From positions 4,555 to 68,554 of the IMG/VR virus record IMGVR_UViG_3300045988_154140: a DNA stretch of 64,000 bases. The stretch is one strand, 5' to 3'. Position 1 is the stretch's first letter; every line of letters starts with the position of its first letter. Positions 17,490 through 25,664 of the stretch are shown piece after piece. The notes beneath the pieces were generated by a model. The model had not been told where the DNA came from. It did no database searches and saw nothing but the letters and a program-made list of their open reading frames with translations. This stretch comes from a virus. Both the position numbers and the translations under genes were made by a program.

Positions 17490-18722
17490 CTATAATTCCT
17501 CCCCAAAGTCGAATTTCATCTGTTGGAACTTCTCGGCATACCATCGTTTGTATGATTTACCCGAAATCCACCAGTCATAGATATTCTCCGCTATTTCGTT
17601 TTCTTGCTCCTCTGTCAAGCGGTCAGAAGAGGAGCTGGATGAAAACCCCGATTGTCTCTCTCCACATTTCGTGCCATTCGATCGTTTGGTATCGCTCTCC
17701 AAATGTCCTTTTGGTAGGAATTGAGGCGTTTTGCCCCCTGTCCAATGCCCTGGGTCGGGATGCTTGATGTAGCCCGCATCTGTTTTTCTGAGCAATCCTC
17801 TTACGTTGCTTGAAGGAACCTTGTCTTCGCGGATATTCCACCAGACATATTCCTCTTTGAACCCAGTATTCCTACGGATGGCCTTAATAGCCCTTATCCA
17901 ACCTCGCTTGACGTGCGGATAGCGAGCGTTTTCGAGCATTTTCTGCTTGTATGAACTCATTGGGCAACTTATACAGCCTATGCGGTGCCAGCCTTCATCG
18001 TAGAGGGAGCAGTGCGGTACCTTCACCACATCGTTGAGAAATTCCCACACGTCTTGCTCCGTCCAGTAAATGATGGGTGATACAAGTAGAGTCTCTTTGC
18101 CGTGGATGCAGCCTAATGTCTGTTCCTCGTCAGCATTGGTGATGTTCACTCCCTCCTTCTTCGACTTTCGCCTCAGGCGTTTAGCCTTCTGTTCCTGTCG
18201 GTACTTCTCCAGCTCGTCGAGGTCGCCACTAAACTTTCGGTTGCTCGTCTCAACCTCGTTGCGCTTGGCTCGGCGCGAACTCTCTGCCTTGCGGATGCCG
18301 ATGAGCGTTACCTTTCCAGCGCCTGCCAGCTCCTTGTATTCGGCGCAACACCATCGCACACGCTTTGTGGGTAATATCCGTTTTTCGATGGCAATCTGAA
18401 AGATGCTCTTCTTCGGCTTTATGAGTTCAACTTCTGGATAGTTCCTCTTTACGAAGCGTATCACTTCGGGAGGGTCAACGCTCGTGAGATTCATGTGGCC
18501 TTGAAATTTCACTCCTGCTAACTGCGCCATGTGGTAGAGAGCCTGCGAGTCCTTGCCGCCGCTAAACGCAAGGTAATAGCCTTGCTCGGCATCATAGTTG
18601 AGCGCAATCTTCTCTGCCTTTTGCAGCAACTCAAACGAGTGAAGCATCTTCTTTCGCAGTCGAGCCGAAGCACGGGCTAATGCCTCGTCAAGTAGAATTT
18701 TTGTATTCAAGTCTTTTAACAT
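17490..18722 (-). CDS. PAPS-reductase / PP-loop ATP-pyrophosphatase family protein (DndC/IbrA-like)
   Basis: PP-loop AFSGGKDSQ, a WCC..YK segment, and a C-terminal CISCP cysteine cluster. Confidence 0.85.
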   Translation of the reverse strand: MLKDLNTKILLDEALARASARLRKKMLHSFELLQKAEKIALNYDAEQGYYLAFSGGKDSQALYHMAQLAGVKFQGHMNLTSVDPPEVIRFVKRNYPEVELIKPKKSIFQIAIEKRILPTKRVRWCCAEYKELAGAGKVTLIGIRKAESSRRAKRNEVETSNRKFSGDLDELEKYRQEQKAKRLRRKSKKEGVNITNADEEQTLGCIHGKETLLVSPIIYWTEQDVWEFLNDVVKVPHCSLYDEGWHRIGCISCPMSSYKQKMLENARYPHVKRGWIRAIKAIRRNTGFKEEYVWWNIREDKVPSSNVRGLLRKTDAGYIKHPDPGHWTGGKTPQFLPKGHLESDTKRSNGTKCGERQSGFSSSSSSDRLTEEQENEIAENIYDWWISGKSYKRWYAEKFQQMKFDFGEEL

Positions 18723-19917
18723 TCTATAATTATATAAGGCGTAGTATTACATAAGCCGTCTGCTTCGGTGAAGCCGTTTTTACCCGTAAACCTTGTAAGG
18801 GTATTGGCTATCTCCTTGCGTGGTCTCTTGATCACGTTTCCATGGCTGTCTCTCACCCAGCCGATGTAATACTTGTCAGTCATACTCTCATCCTTCTTCA
18901 TCTTCATATTCTCCTTGAACATCTTATAGAAACCACGCCAATACTCTACATCCATTTTCTTAGGGTTCTCCTTGAACTTTTCGTAGAGATGGGCGATGGC
19001 AGGGCGATGATAGCTCAGCTCCTTTTCGTTCCATTCTACGCCCTTGTCCCATCCATCGTGGCGTTCCATGAATATCTGAAGCACGGTCTTTATGAACATT
19101 GCGGCCTCGTGTGTCGTCGGCAGGTCGAACTGCATGAAGAGGGCGTTGTCGGAATCGTTTGCCTTGAAGAACTTGCTCACGGCATCGTCCTTGAGGAAGT
19201 ACCGCTCTTCTGCCTCGTCCAGCAGCACATCCTCCAACCGCTTGTCCAAGGCGATAGTCTCTGGAAACTGGAAGTCAAAGGCCACATCGCTCCGCATGGA
19301 CAGACAGAATACCCTGTCTCTGTTCTGTGGCACGCCGTAGTTCTTTGCGTTGAGCCGCTGCCACCTCGATACGTAGCCAAGCCGCCACAACTTATTGAGC
19401 CACGCCTGGAAGTCGGGAAGGAAGTTCTTGTTTACCAGCGCCGCCACGTTCTCCCACAAGAGGAACTTAGGGCGCAAAACTCCCACCGCGTCTGCTACAT
19501 GCCACAGCAGGGACGAGCGCGTACCGCTGCCCTCCTTCATGCCCATCTGCTTGCCAGCGTTGCTGTGGTTTGGCATTTCGGGCAGCTCTTCGTCTGGGAA
19601 GAGGCTCATCTGTCCGCTTGGTTCGCGGTGTTTAGGGTACCACAGCTGCTCGTAGATATAGGCAAGCACATCAACGACAATGCTGTTTCCTGCTTGTCTG
19701 TACTGCTGTGCTGCTGTGCTGCTGACACCGCCATTTCGTCCTTCTTGCCCTTTGGTTTGAAGCCTGCTATACGCTTCTCTGCCTGTGCGTTCGTGCTCTG
19801 CATCGTGTGTATCACATCATCGCGCACGCCCATCAGCCTGAAACACTCAAAGGGTGTAAGCTTGCGCATCGCGTAGGACTTAATGCTTCGGTCCCTGTAG
19901 TTCAGTTTCAATATCAT
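18716..19917 (-). pseudogene. C5 cytosine-methyltransferase-like gene, motif order permuted (IX-X before IV-VIII-TRD), frameshifted, no motif I, PCQ replaced by PNH
   Basis: Frame A (19917-19606) has RKLTPFECFRLMG. Frame B (open from further upstream; read from about 19750 down to 18716) has QAGNSIVV, then PNHSNAGKQ..GSGTRSSLLW, ENV, QNRDR and a long TRD. Confidence 0.7.
19701..19724 (-). repeat. 8-bp tandem repeat x3 (TACTGCTG TGCTGCTG TGCTGCTG) at the frameshift point of the MTase-like gene
   Basis: Read directly. Deleting one 8-bp unit joins ..DEMAVSAAQQ to YRQAGNSIVV.. in frame. Confidence 0.9.
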
Positions 19918-20263
19918 CGTGTAGTTGCTTTAGCACCCTCCTTTGATTACATGTTCCGTGCATCTTTATTAGTTGCCACAGAAATTCCTCTGTTTTGAAA
20001 CGTACTCGGTATTTTATCTCCCGATAGGAAATTATGTTTTTATCTGGAAAACCAGGTTTAATGTGGTCCCATCTTTCGAGGACGTTTAGGTAGGAGAAAT
20101 ACCCCTTATCTATCTCAACGGTTAGTTCTGTGTAAGCATCCGAGTCCTCTAACGAATCTGGCCAATCTTCCAAATCTACTTCCATAAAGAAGTATTTATC
20201 TCGGTTCGAGTCTGTTTTGAAACCAAGTTCTAATAGGGTCTTTCTTATCTTCTCTTTATCCAT
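19880..20263 (-). CDS. Hypothetical 127-aa protein
   Basis: ORF track; its 3' end overlaps the first 38 nt of the MTase-like fragment. Confidence 0.5.
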   Translation of the reverse strand: MDKEKIRKTLLELGFKTDSNRDKYFFMEVDLEDWPDSLEDSDAYTELTVEIDKGYFSYLNVLERWDHIKPGFPDKNIISYREIKYRVRFKTEEFLWQLIKMHGTCNQRRVLKQLHDDIETELQGPKH

Positions 20264-20264
20264 A

Positions 20265-21071
20265 TCACTTACCCGTTAGCATCTTCTTTACTCTCTGCCA
20301 CAAAGAGGGCTTGCGGTCTCTCTTAATCTGCTCTACGTACTTTACCACTCTTTCATATTCTCTCCCGCTCACATTGCTGTCCTTGTAGGCTTTAGCAATT
20401 AGCTCCTTGCCCGTGCCATAGAAGCATCCAACGCGCCACATGTCATTGCTGCGTGTCCATGTAAAGTACCTACCCGATGTCCACCAATTCTTAAAGACAA
20501 TATAGTCGTAGTTGGATTCTATCACCGCGTCACCGCCAATTTTGGCCCAACCACTTATGCCCAAGGTCTGAGGATTTCTTTGTCTTATAACAGCAAAATC
20601 GTAAATCGCAGCGCTACCACATATACATACCCAGCCACGAACAGAAGCAGAATCCTCAACAGTAGCTTTTTCGGCAATAACCGCACTATTGCTTACGCAA
20701 GCCATGCCAGAAACGCGCGCACGTTGGCTAACAATTGCGCCATTATAAACCTTAGCCTCGTCAGCTACCCAAGCGTGGTCTCTAACAATTGCGCCATTAT
20801 AAACCTTAGCCTCGTCAGCTACCCAAGCGTGGTCGCGTAGGTTTTCATAGCTTTCAACAAAACCGCCCAGAGTGCCTTTCGTTATATTCGGGAAATCCTC
20901 TGTACATCTTATGCGGTGCAGCGTATGCCCGTCAAACTCAATGGTCTCATCGGTCAACTCATAATGCCTATTTTCTTTCATAATTTTATCTTTCATAATT
21001 TTATTATAACCCCGAATTGTGTCACATATTCTATTGATAAGTCCATACAGGCTTGCTCTCTCGTTCTCCAT
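20265..21071 (-). CDS. YdcK-like left-handed beta-helix (hexapeptide-repeat) protein, paralogue 1
   Basis: HRIRCTEDFPNITKGTLGGFVE followed by imperfect hexapeptide repeats; the C-terminal WTRSNDMW domain is shared with the neighbour. Confidence 0.7.
   Translation of the reverse strand: MENERASLYGLINRICDTIRGYNKIMKDKIMKENRHYELTDETIEFDGHTLHRIRCTEDFPNITKGTLGGFVESYENLRDHAWVADEAKVYNGAIVRDHAWVADEAKVYNGAIVSQRARVSGMACVSNSAVIAEKATVEDSASVRGWVCICGSAAIYDFAVIRQRNPQTLGISGWAKIGGDAVIESNYDYIVFKNWWTSGRYFTWTRSNDMWRVGCFYGTGKELIAKAYKDSNVSGREYERVVKYVEQIKRDRKPSLWQRVKKMLTGK
20728..20835 (-). repeat. In-frame 54-bp tandem duplication (18 aa, RDHAWVADEAKVYNGAIV x2)
   Basis: 20728-20781 and 20782-20835 are identical at 53/54 positions. 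Confidence 0.9.
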
Positions 21072-22039
21072 CAGCCAAGCTCCTTAATACTTTCTACATA
21101 CTTCACGAGCAGCTCTCGGTTCTTGCCGTGTAGCTCTCCCTTCTCGTAGCCCTTCTTGATGAACTCCTCTGCTGGGCAGGGGCTGTTTATGCTAAGACCG
21201 TCGCAATGCCACATGTCGTTGCTGCGTGTCCAAACAATCTCGTACCCCTCATGGAGCCAATCGGTGAACACCACATAGTCCCTGCTACTTATCACCTTCG
21301 CATCCCCGCATATACGGAAGGTTCCCTTTATAGGGATAAACACCTTTTTAGGCCCTGGAAGCCCCTCACATCTGACCTCTGCTTCGTCTGTAACGTAAAG
21401 AGCGCCCATAGAATATGTCATGCCACCTACAACGGCATACCCGTCCACCATTGTATTGCCCATAAGCCAGGCGTGGTCACATACCAAAGCACAGCCGCCC
21501 ACATGAGCGCACTCCCCTAAATTGGCATGGTCACAGACACGTGCGTCCATGCCTACACAGGCATATTCTGTCACCCTTGCATGGCCTTCTATCCTTGCAT
21601 TGTCTGTTATTTCCGCGTTGTCTTTAACAACAGCGTGGTCTGTGACAACGCAGTTACCCTTGACCTCGGTGCAGTCGCCAACACCTGCGTTACCGCTTAC
21701 CTCTGCATCCATGACGAAAGCATGGTCGCCTACATAAGCGTTACCGCTTATCGTGGCCGTTCCGCAGACCTTTGCAAAGCCAAATACCATCGCAGTCTCC
21801 TTGATGATTGCGGATCCTTTTACCTTTGCGTACTCACATACAACTGCTTCATCCTCCACCCAGGCCTGTTCACTTAGGTTCTTGTAGTCTTCTATCCAAC
21901 CACCGACATCCCCTGCCTTGTAATCGCGGAAGTCCTTTGTGCATCTGATACGGTGTACTACGCGGTTATAAAACTTCTTGGTTTCGCCCGTAAACTCGTA
22001 ATATCTCTCTTCTTCCATATCTCTATTCTGTTTAACCAT
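21071..22039 (-). CDS. YdcK-like left-handed beta-helix protein, paralogue 2 (true start may be ATG 22018)
   Basis: HRIRCTKDFRDYKAGDVGGWIE plus hexapeptide repeats plus WTRSNDMW. The first 7 codons match the leader of the neighbouring paralogue pair. Confidence 0.7.
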   Translation of the reverse strand: MVKQNRDMEEERYYEFTGETKKFYNRVVHRIRCTKDFRDYKAGDVGGWIEDYKNLSEQAWVEDEAVVCEYAKVKGSAIIKETAMVFGFAKVCGTATISGNAYVGDHAFVMDAEVSGNAGVGDCTEVKGNCVVTDHAVVKDNAEITDNARIEGHARVTEYACVGMDARVCDHANLGECAHVGGCALVCDHAWLMGNTMVDGYAVVGGMTYSMGALYVTDEAEVRCEGLPGPKKVFIPIKGTFRICGDAKVISSRDYVVFTDWLHEGYEIVWTRSNDMWHCDGLSINSPCPAEEFIKKGYEKGELHGKNRELLVKYVESIKELG

Positions 22040-22620
22040 TATAGGAACACCTTGTTGTAAAGGTCGGCGAATTGCTTGCCAAATTGTTCAGCTCGCTCCT
22101 GAGTCTTAAAGCAAAGCCGAGAACCTATATTTGCAAACGCACTCGCAGGCGTGTAAACCGTACTCGAAAAGACGAACCTCTCAGTAGCCTTCTCATAGGT
22201 GAACCAAGGGAACCATTTTTCTTGCCCGCGATTCGAGAAATCAGGTACAAATCCGTCCATAATATTCCACGCCTGCGCGATTGTGAACAACTTGTTCAGC
22301 GCATCCAAAGCTTCAAAGTGCTTCGGATTGAGGCTCCCCAAAAAATCACATGGGCGTATTTCCTTATGCAGTAAGTCTCTTGCTTGTAGAAACGCTATGG
22401 CGCTCACAAAGTCGGGAATACACTCGCACGCGTCATCCTCTTCTACTTTTTCAACCATGTAATCTACGAGAAGTCCTACGCTGCAATCATCCTTCCCGTC
22501 TTCAACACTCTCGGTTGCGTAGCGCAAGATAGTCAGCATTGCCTCCTTGCGGGTATCGTGGGCAGCAGGCATTACATTCTGCTCGCTTCCATCCGCATTT
22601 TTGATGACATACTTTTTCAT
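22039..22620 (-). CDS. Hypothetical 193-aa protein, paralogue A of a tandem pair
   Basis: Shares MxKYxIKxxDGSEQxVMPA.. and GFVPDFSN..KW.PW....CFKT..RA.QF..QF.DLYNKVFL with the next gene. Confidence 0.7.
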   Translation of the reverse strand: MKKYVIKNADGSEQNVMPAAHDTRKEAMLTILRYATESVEDGKDDCSVGLLVDYMVEKVEEDDACECIPDFVSAIAFLQARDLLHKEIRPCDFLGSLNPKHFEALDALNKLFTIAQAWNIMDGFVPDFSNRGQEKWFPWFTYEKATERFVFSSTVYTPASAFANIGSRLCFKTQERAEQFGKQFADLYNKVFL

Positions 22621-22639
22621 ATCTATTCTTGTTTAGTTG

Positions 22640-23173
22640 TTATAGGAACACCTTGTTGTAAAGGTCGATGAACTGTTCACAAAATTGTTTCGCGCGCTTT
22701 GATGTCTTAAAGCAAATCCGAGGACTGAGATACGCACGTGCATTCGCAGTTATGCTAAACGTACCCGCATACACGAACCCCGCGGCATCCTGGTCATACC
22801 TAATCCAAGGAGACCACTTGGCTTGTTTCGGATTCGAGAAATCGGGGACGAATCCATCTTCCTTATTCCAGGCTTCGGCCATAGCAACCAACTTATTCAA
22901 GGTAAGCTGCGCTTCAATGCGCTTTGGATTGATGTCTTCTACAAGTCTTGCGACACCCTCAAACGGAAGGTTGCTTTCGGAAATTTTTTCCTTCTCATCC
23001 ACCTCCTCGATAGCGTAGTTGAAAGGGTCTTCCATGCTGTCATCATCCATATCTTCGGCTACTCCTGTAAGGTAGTGCGAGAGAGTCAGCAGCGCATCCT
23101 TGAGCGTGTTGTGAACGGCAGGCATCACATGCTGCTCACTGCCATCTTTCATCTTGATAATGTACTTACTCAT
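22640..23173 (-). CDS. Hypothetical 177-aa protein, paralogue B of a tandem pair
   Basis: See paralogue A. The last 28 nt of both genes are identical (22039-22066 vs 22640-22667). Confidence 0.7.
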   Translation of the reverse strand: MSKYIIKMKDGSEQHVMPAVHNTLKDALLTLSHYLTGVAEDMDDDSMEDPFNYAIEEVDEKEKISESNLPFEGVARLVEDINPKRIEAQLTLNKLVAMAEAWNKEDGFVPDFSNPKQAKWSPWIRYDQDAAGFVYAGTFSITANARAYLSPRICFKTSKRAKQFCEQFIDLYNKVFL

Positions 23174-23185
23174 TTTTGTTCTTGT

Positions 23186-23476
23186 TTAGTTGTCGGTATT
23201 CTCTTTCTTTTCAGGCTCCAGTAACTTGCTTACGTCATGCAGTAATCTGCACAGCTCTTCCACCATCTTCTTCCTGTCGTTAGGAGAGACCACCTCGAAA
23301 CTGGCCACTATGCCCAGCGACAGCCCAGCCAAGAGCTCGTCCGTGTATATACCGCCCGTCTGGCATGCCTTTTCAATAGCCTGTGCTACATCCTCGCTCA
23401 GCATCTTCACTTTTGCGATATCTTTTTTGGGGTTTTTAGTTTGAAGCTTCAACCAAAATTCATCATAGCCACTCAT
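23186..23476 (-). CDS. Hypothetical 96-aa protein
   Basis: ORF track; ATG preceded by the ACAACTAAACA leader motif. Confidence 0.6.
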   Translation of the reverse strand: MSGYDEFWLKLQTKNPKKDIAKVKMLSEDVAQAIEKACQTGGIYTDELLAGLSLGIVASFEVVSPNDRKKMVEELCRLLHDVSKLLEPEKKENTDN

Positions 23477-23494
23477 CTCAATTCTGTTTAGTTG

Positions 23495-23896
23495 TTAATT
23501 TTCTCTTTCTTTCTCACTCTTGATAATCTCAAGCCGCATCTCAAGGATTCTGACGTATGCGCGCAGCATATCATGCTGTAATCTCCACAGGTTCTCCTCA
23601 TTCGGCTTTGGAACTGGCTCGTCGAAAAGCATCCACGACTGGATACGGCGCTGGACTTCTGTAATCTCTACGCGCAGTCTGTCTTCCGAACTATTGAATT
23701 GCGTGTAGCAGCGGTTGAACGTGTCTTCATCCACCCAATACTCAAGAACTCTCCCGTTTGGGACAGGCTGTGTTATCTTGTAGCCAGCTTTGAGTACATG
23801 CCCGTCTTCTGACTTGGGATGTATGCCTGCCGCAATAGCCTCGTACTCCGTCATAGGATGTGCCCATACCTCTCTTGGGCCGATATACTTATTCAT
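23495..23896 (-). CDS. Hypothetical 133-aa protein sharing the N-terminal domain of the DUF2829 protein
   Basis: I chose ATG 23896 (MNKYIGPREVWAHPM..) over the TTG at 23929 because the leader motif lies at 23906-23917. Confidence 0.6.
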   Translation of the reverse strand: MNKYIGPREVWAHPMTEYEAIAAGIHPKSEDGHVLKAGYKITQPVPNGRVLEYWVDEDTFNRCYTQFNSSEDRLRVEITEVQRRIQSWMLFDEPVPKPNEENLWRLQHDMLRAYVRILEMRLEIIKSEKEREN

Positions 23897-23937
23897 ATCT
23901 TTGGTTTGTTTAGTTGTCACTCCGTCCAATTCGCGTC

Positions 23938-24510
23938 TCAGTACATCTTTCCGTTAAGCCGTGGCCGCTGCCCGTTGTATGCCATTTTCTCGTGTATATG
24001 CCACTCGATGTCTATACCGTTGCGCTCGGCATAGGAAAGCAGCATGTTTAGAGCCTTTTGGCAGGCGTATATCTCTCCGTGCGGAGCCATCAGAGCCTCT
24101 GTTACTCGGAAGCAGAACTCGCACAACGGCTTGTCAAGGTCGGAAGTAAACGTATTGTCACGAATGAAGGAAATCTTGTAGTAGCCCATCATGTCCATGA
24201 GGCGTATGCAGGCATCGGCCAGCTCGTCCTCCACGGTGTCCTTGATGTAATCCTTGAATGCCGTCTTGCGTCCCTTGATACGGTCATCAAGGGTTATTAT
24301 ATATTTACCCACGAAGGCACACCCCATCTCATATTCATCCGTATCGGCGTGTCTGTCGTGTCTGTCCGCGTCTATCGCCTCACTGAGTTCGGTGATGACG
24401 AGCATGGCCAGATGCTCGTAGTTTGGGGTGTCATCCCAGAAGCCGTGCTCCACGGCTGTCTTGTGCGCGAGGCTTATCACCTCGTCCCAGTTAAATTCCT
24501 TGTTGTTCAT
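23938..24510 (-). CDS. MazG-like all-alpha NTP pyrophosphohydrolase
   Basis: Acidic helix motifs ITELSEAIDADR and TVEDELADACIRLMD. Confidence 0.75.
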   Translation of the reverse strand: MNNKEFNWDEVISLAHKTAVEHGFWDDTPNYEHLAMLVITELSEAIDADRHDRHADTDEYEMGCAFVGKYIITLDDRIKGRKTAFKDYIKDTVEDELADACIRLMDMMGYYKISFIRDNTFTSDLDKPLCEFCFRVTEALMAPHGEIYACQKALNMLLSYAERNGIDIEWHIHEKMAYNGQRPRLNGKMY

Positions 24511-24531
24511 ATCGTCTCGTTACGGTGTCTG

Positions 24532-24720
24532 TCACTCCATCCAGTTAGCGTCTCTATACTTTGACCGCGTACGTGCGGTGCTGAAGCCTCGTCTCACGTA
24601 TGCCTTGCACCCCCCGCTCTGACTGCTCATCGTGCATGGTCGGTCGTAATACTCTCTGTTAAGCGCCTCGTTGGTGTACTCGTCATCGTGGCAGCTATAT
24701 GATTGGTTGTCCCGTTTCAT
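24532..24720 (-). CDS. Hypothetical 62-aa protein (weak call)
   Basis: ORF track, internal ATG; overlaps the upstream gene by 26 nt. Confidence 0.3.
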   Translation of the reverse strand: MKRDNQSYSCHDDEYTNEALNREYYDRPCTMSSQSGGCKAYVRRGFSTARTRSKYRDANWME

Positions 24721-24934
24721 TTCTCCCCTCCTTCCTCTCACTAAGAATACGCATTGCGGCGCGTGTCTCCTTCAACTCTTTCTGAAGCAGCACAATCTCT
24801 TCCTCCTTGTCGGAGAGGTGTGCCGTCCAGCGCGCGTTGGTCTCCTGTTCTCCCCTCGTGTAGCCGTAGTTGGCTCCTGCGACACCCGCTATAAGCGCCA
24901 CAGCGATAAATGCAATACAAATTCCCATCGTCAT
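24695..24934 (-). CDS. Small single-pass membrane protein (79 aa from MTMGICIAF..)
   Basis: Hydrophobic N-terminus ICIAFIAVALIAGVAGA; I chose the internal ATG because the longer ORF overlaps the upstream gene. Confidence 0.5.
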   Translation of the reverse strand: MTMGICIAFIAVALIAGVAGANYGYTRGEQETNARWTAHLSDKEEEIVLLQKELKETRAAMRILSERKEGRNETGQPII

Positions 24935-24956
24935 TTCTTTATTTTTAGAATCCTTA

Positions 24957-25664
24957 TTACTCTGTAACCAGTTCCCAGTCCTCCGCAAATACATCGCTGG
25001 ACGATGGAACCCATGAATCAGCGCGTCCGTCTTGGTTAATGATGAGCATCTGGTTTATGTATTTCAGGCATGGTTTCTGACGCTTCATCAGGATGTCCTT
25101 CGCAATCTGAGGCAGCGACTGCATATTAGGGATGGTCTCGCTTATAATATGAGCGGGAACTTGCTTAATAACAAACATACCCTTGCCATTCCAGCCAGCT
25201 CTACGGATAGCACCACCCGCTTTAAGGAACTTGATAGCCGTACCGAAGTCATAGTTGTTGAGAGATTCCTTCCCATCAGACATCCGTTCGAGTCTATCAT
25301 TCAACAGATAGGAATACTCCCTCTCTGTTTCAACCTGTGCTGAAAGAAGTGCCTTCGTGGGGTGTATGAGGGCATAACCTTCGTTTGCCAAAAACTCCAT
25401 TCCCTTCGCAAAGCGCGTATTCAATTCTTCAAGCTGAATCTTAATATGGTCAGCAGGAGCCTCAGCAACTCTATAGGCTTTCTCAAAAACAGACTTTGGA
25501 GACCAAGAGTCGTAGATGCTACCGTCTGGGTTGGTGTACTGCACATGATAGCCTTCACGCCATTCGTGGTTGTCCTCGTTCTTGCGGGCGTAACCTTTCT
25601 CTACTGCGGCCAATTCGTTCATCGGCATGGCCTTTACCGTTTTTGTTCCTACATAAGTTTTCAT
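24957..25664 (-). CDS. Two-domain protein: phage N-domain plus C-terminal DUF2829 (Tad2-like) domain
   Basis: FGTAIKFLKAGGAIRRAGWNGKGMFV ... WVPSSSDVFAEDWELV matches the DUF2829 pattern as I remember it. Confidence 0.75.
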   Translation of the reverse strand: MKTYVGTKTVKAMPMNELAAVEKGYARKNEDNHEWREGYHVQYTNPDGSIYDSWSPKSVFEKAYRVAEAPADHIKIQLEELNTRFAKGMEFLANEGYALIHPTKALLSAQVETEREYSYLLNDRLERMSDGKESLNNYDFGTAIKFLKAGGAIRRAGWNGKGMFVIKQVPAHIISETIPNMQSLPQIAKDILMKRQKPCLKYINQMLIINQDGRADSWVPSSSDVFAEDWELVTE

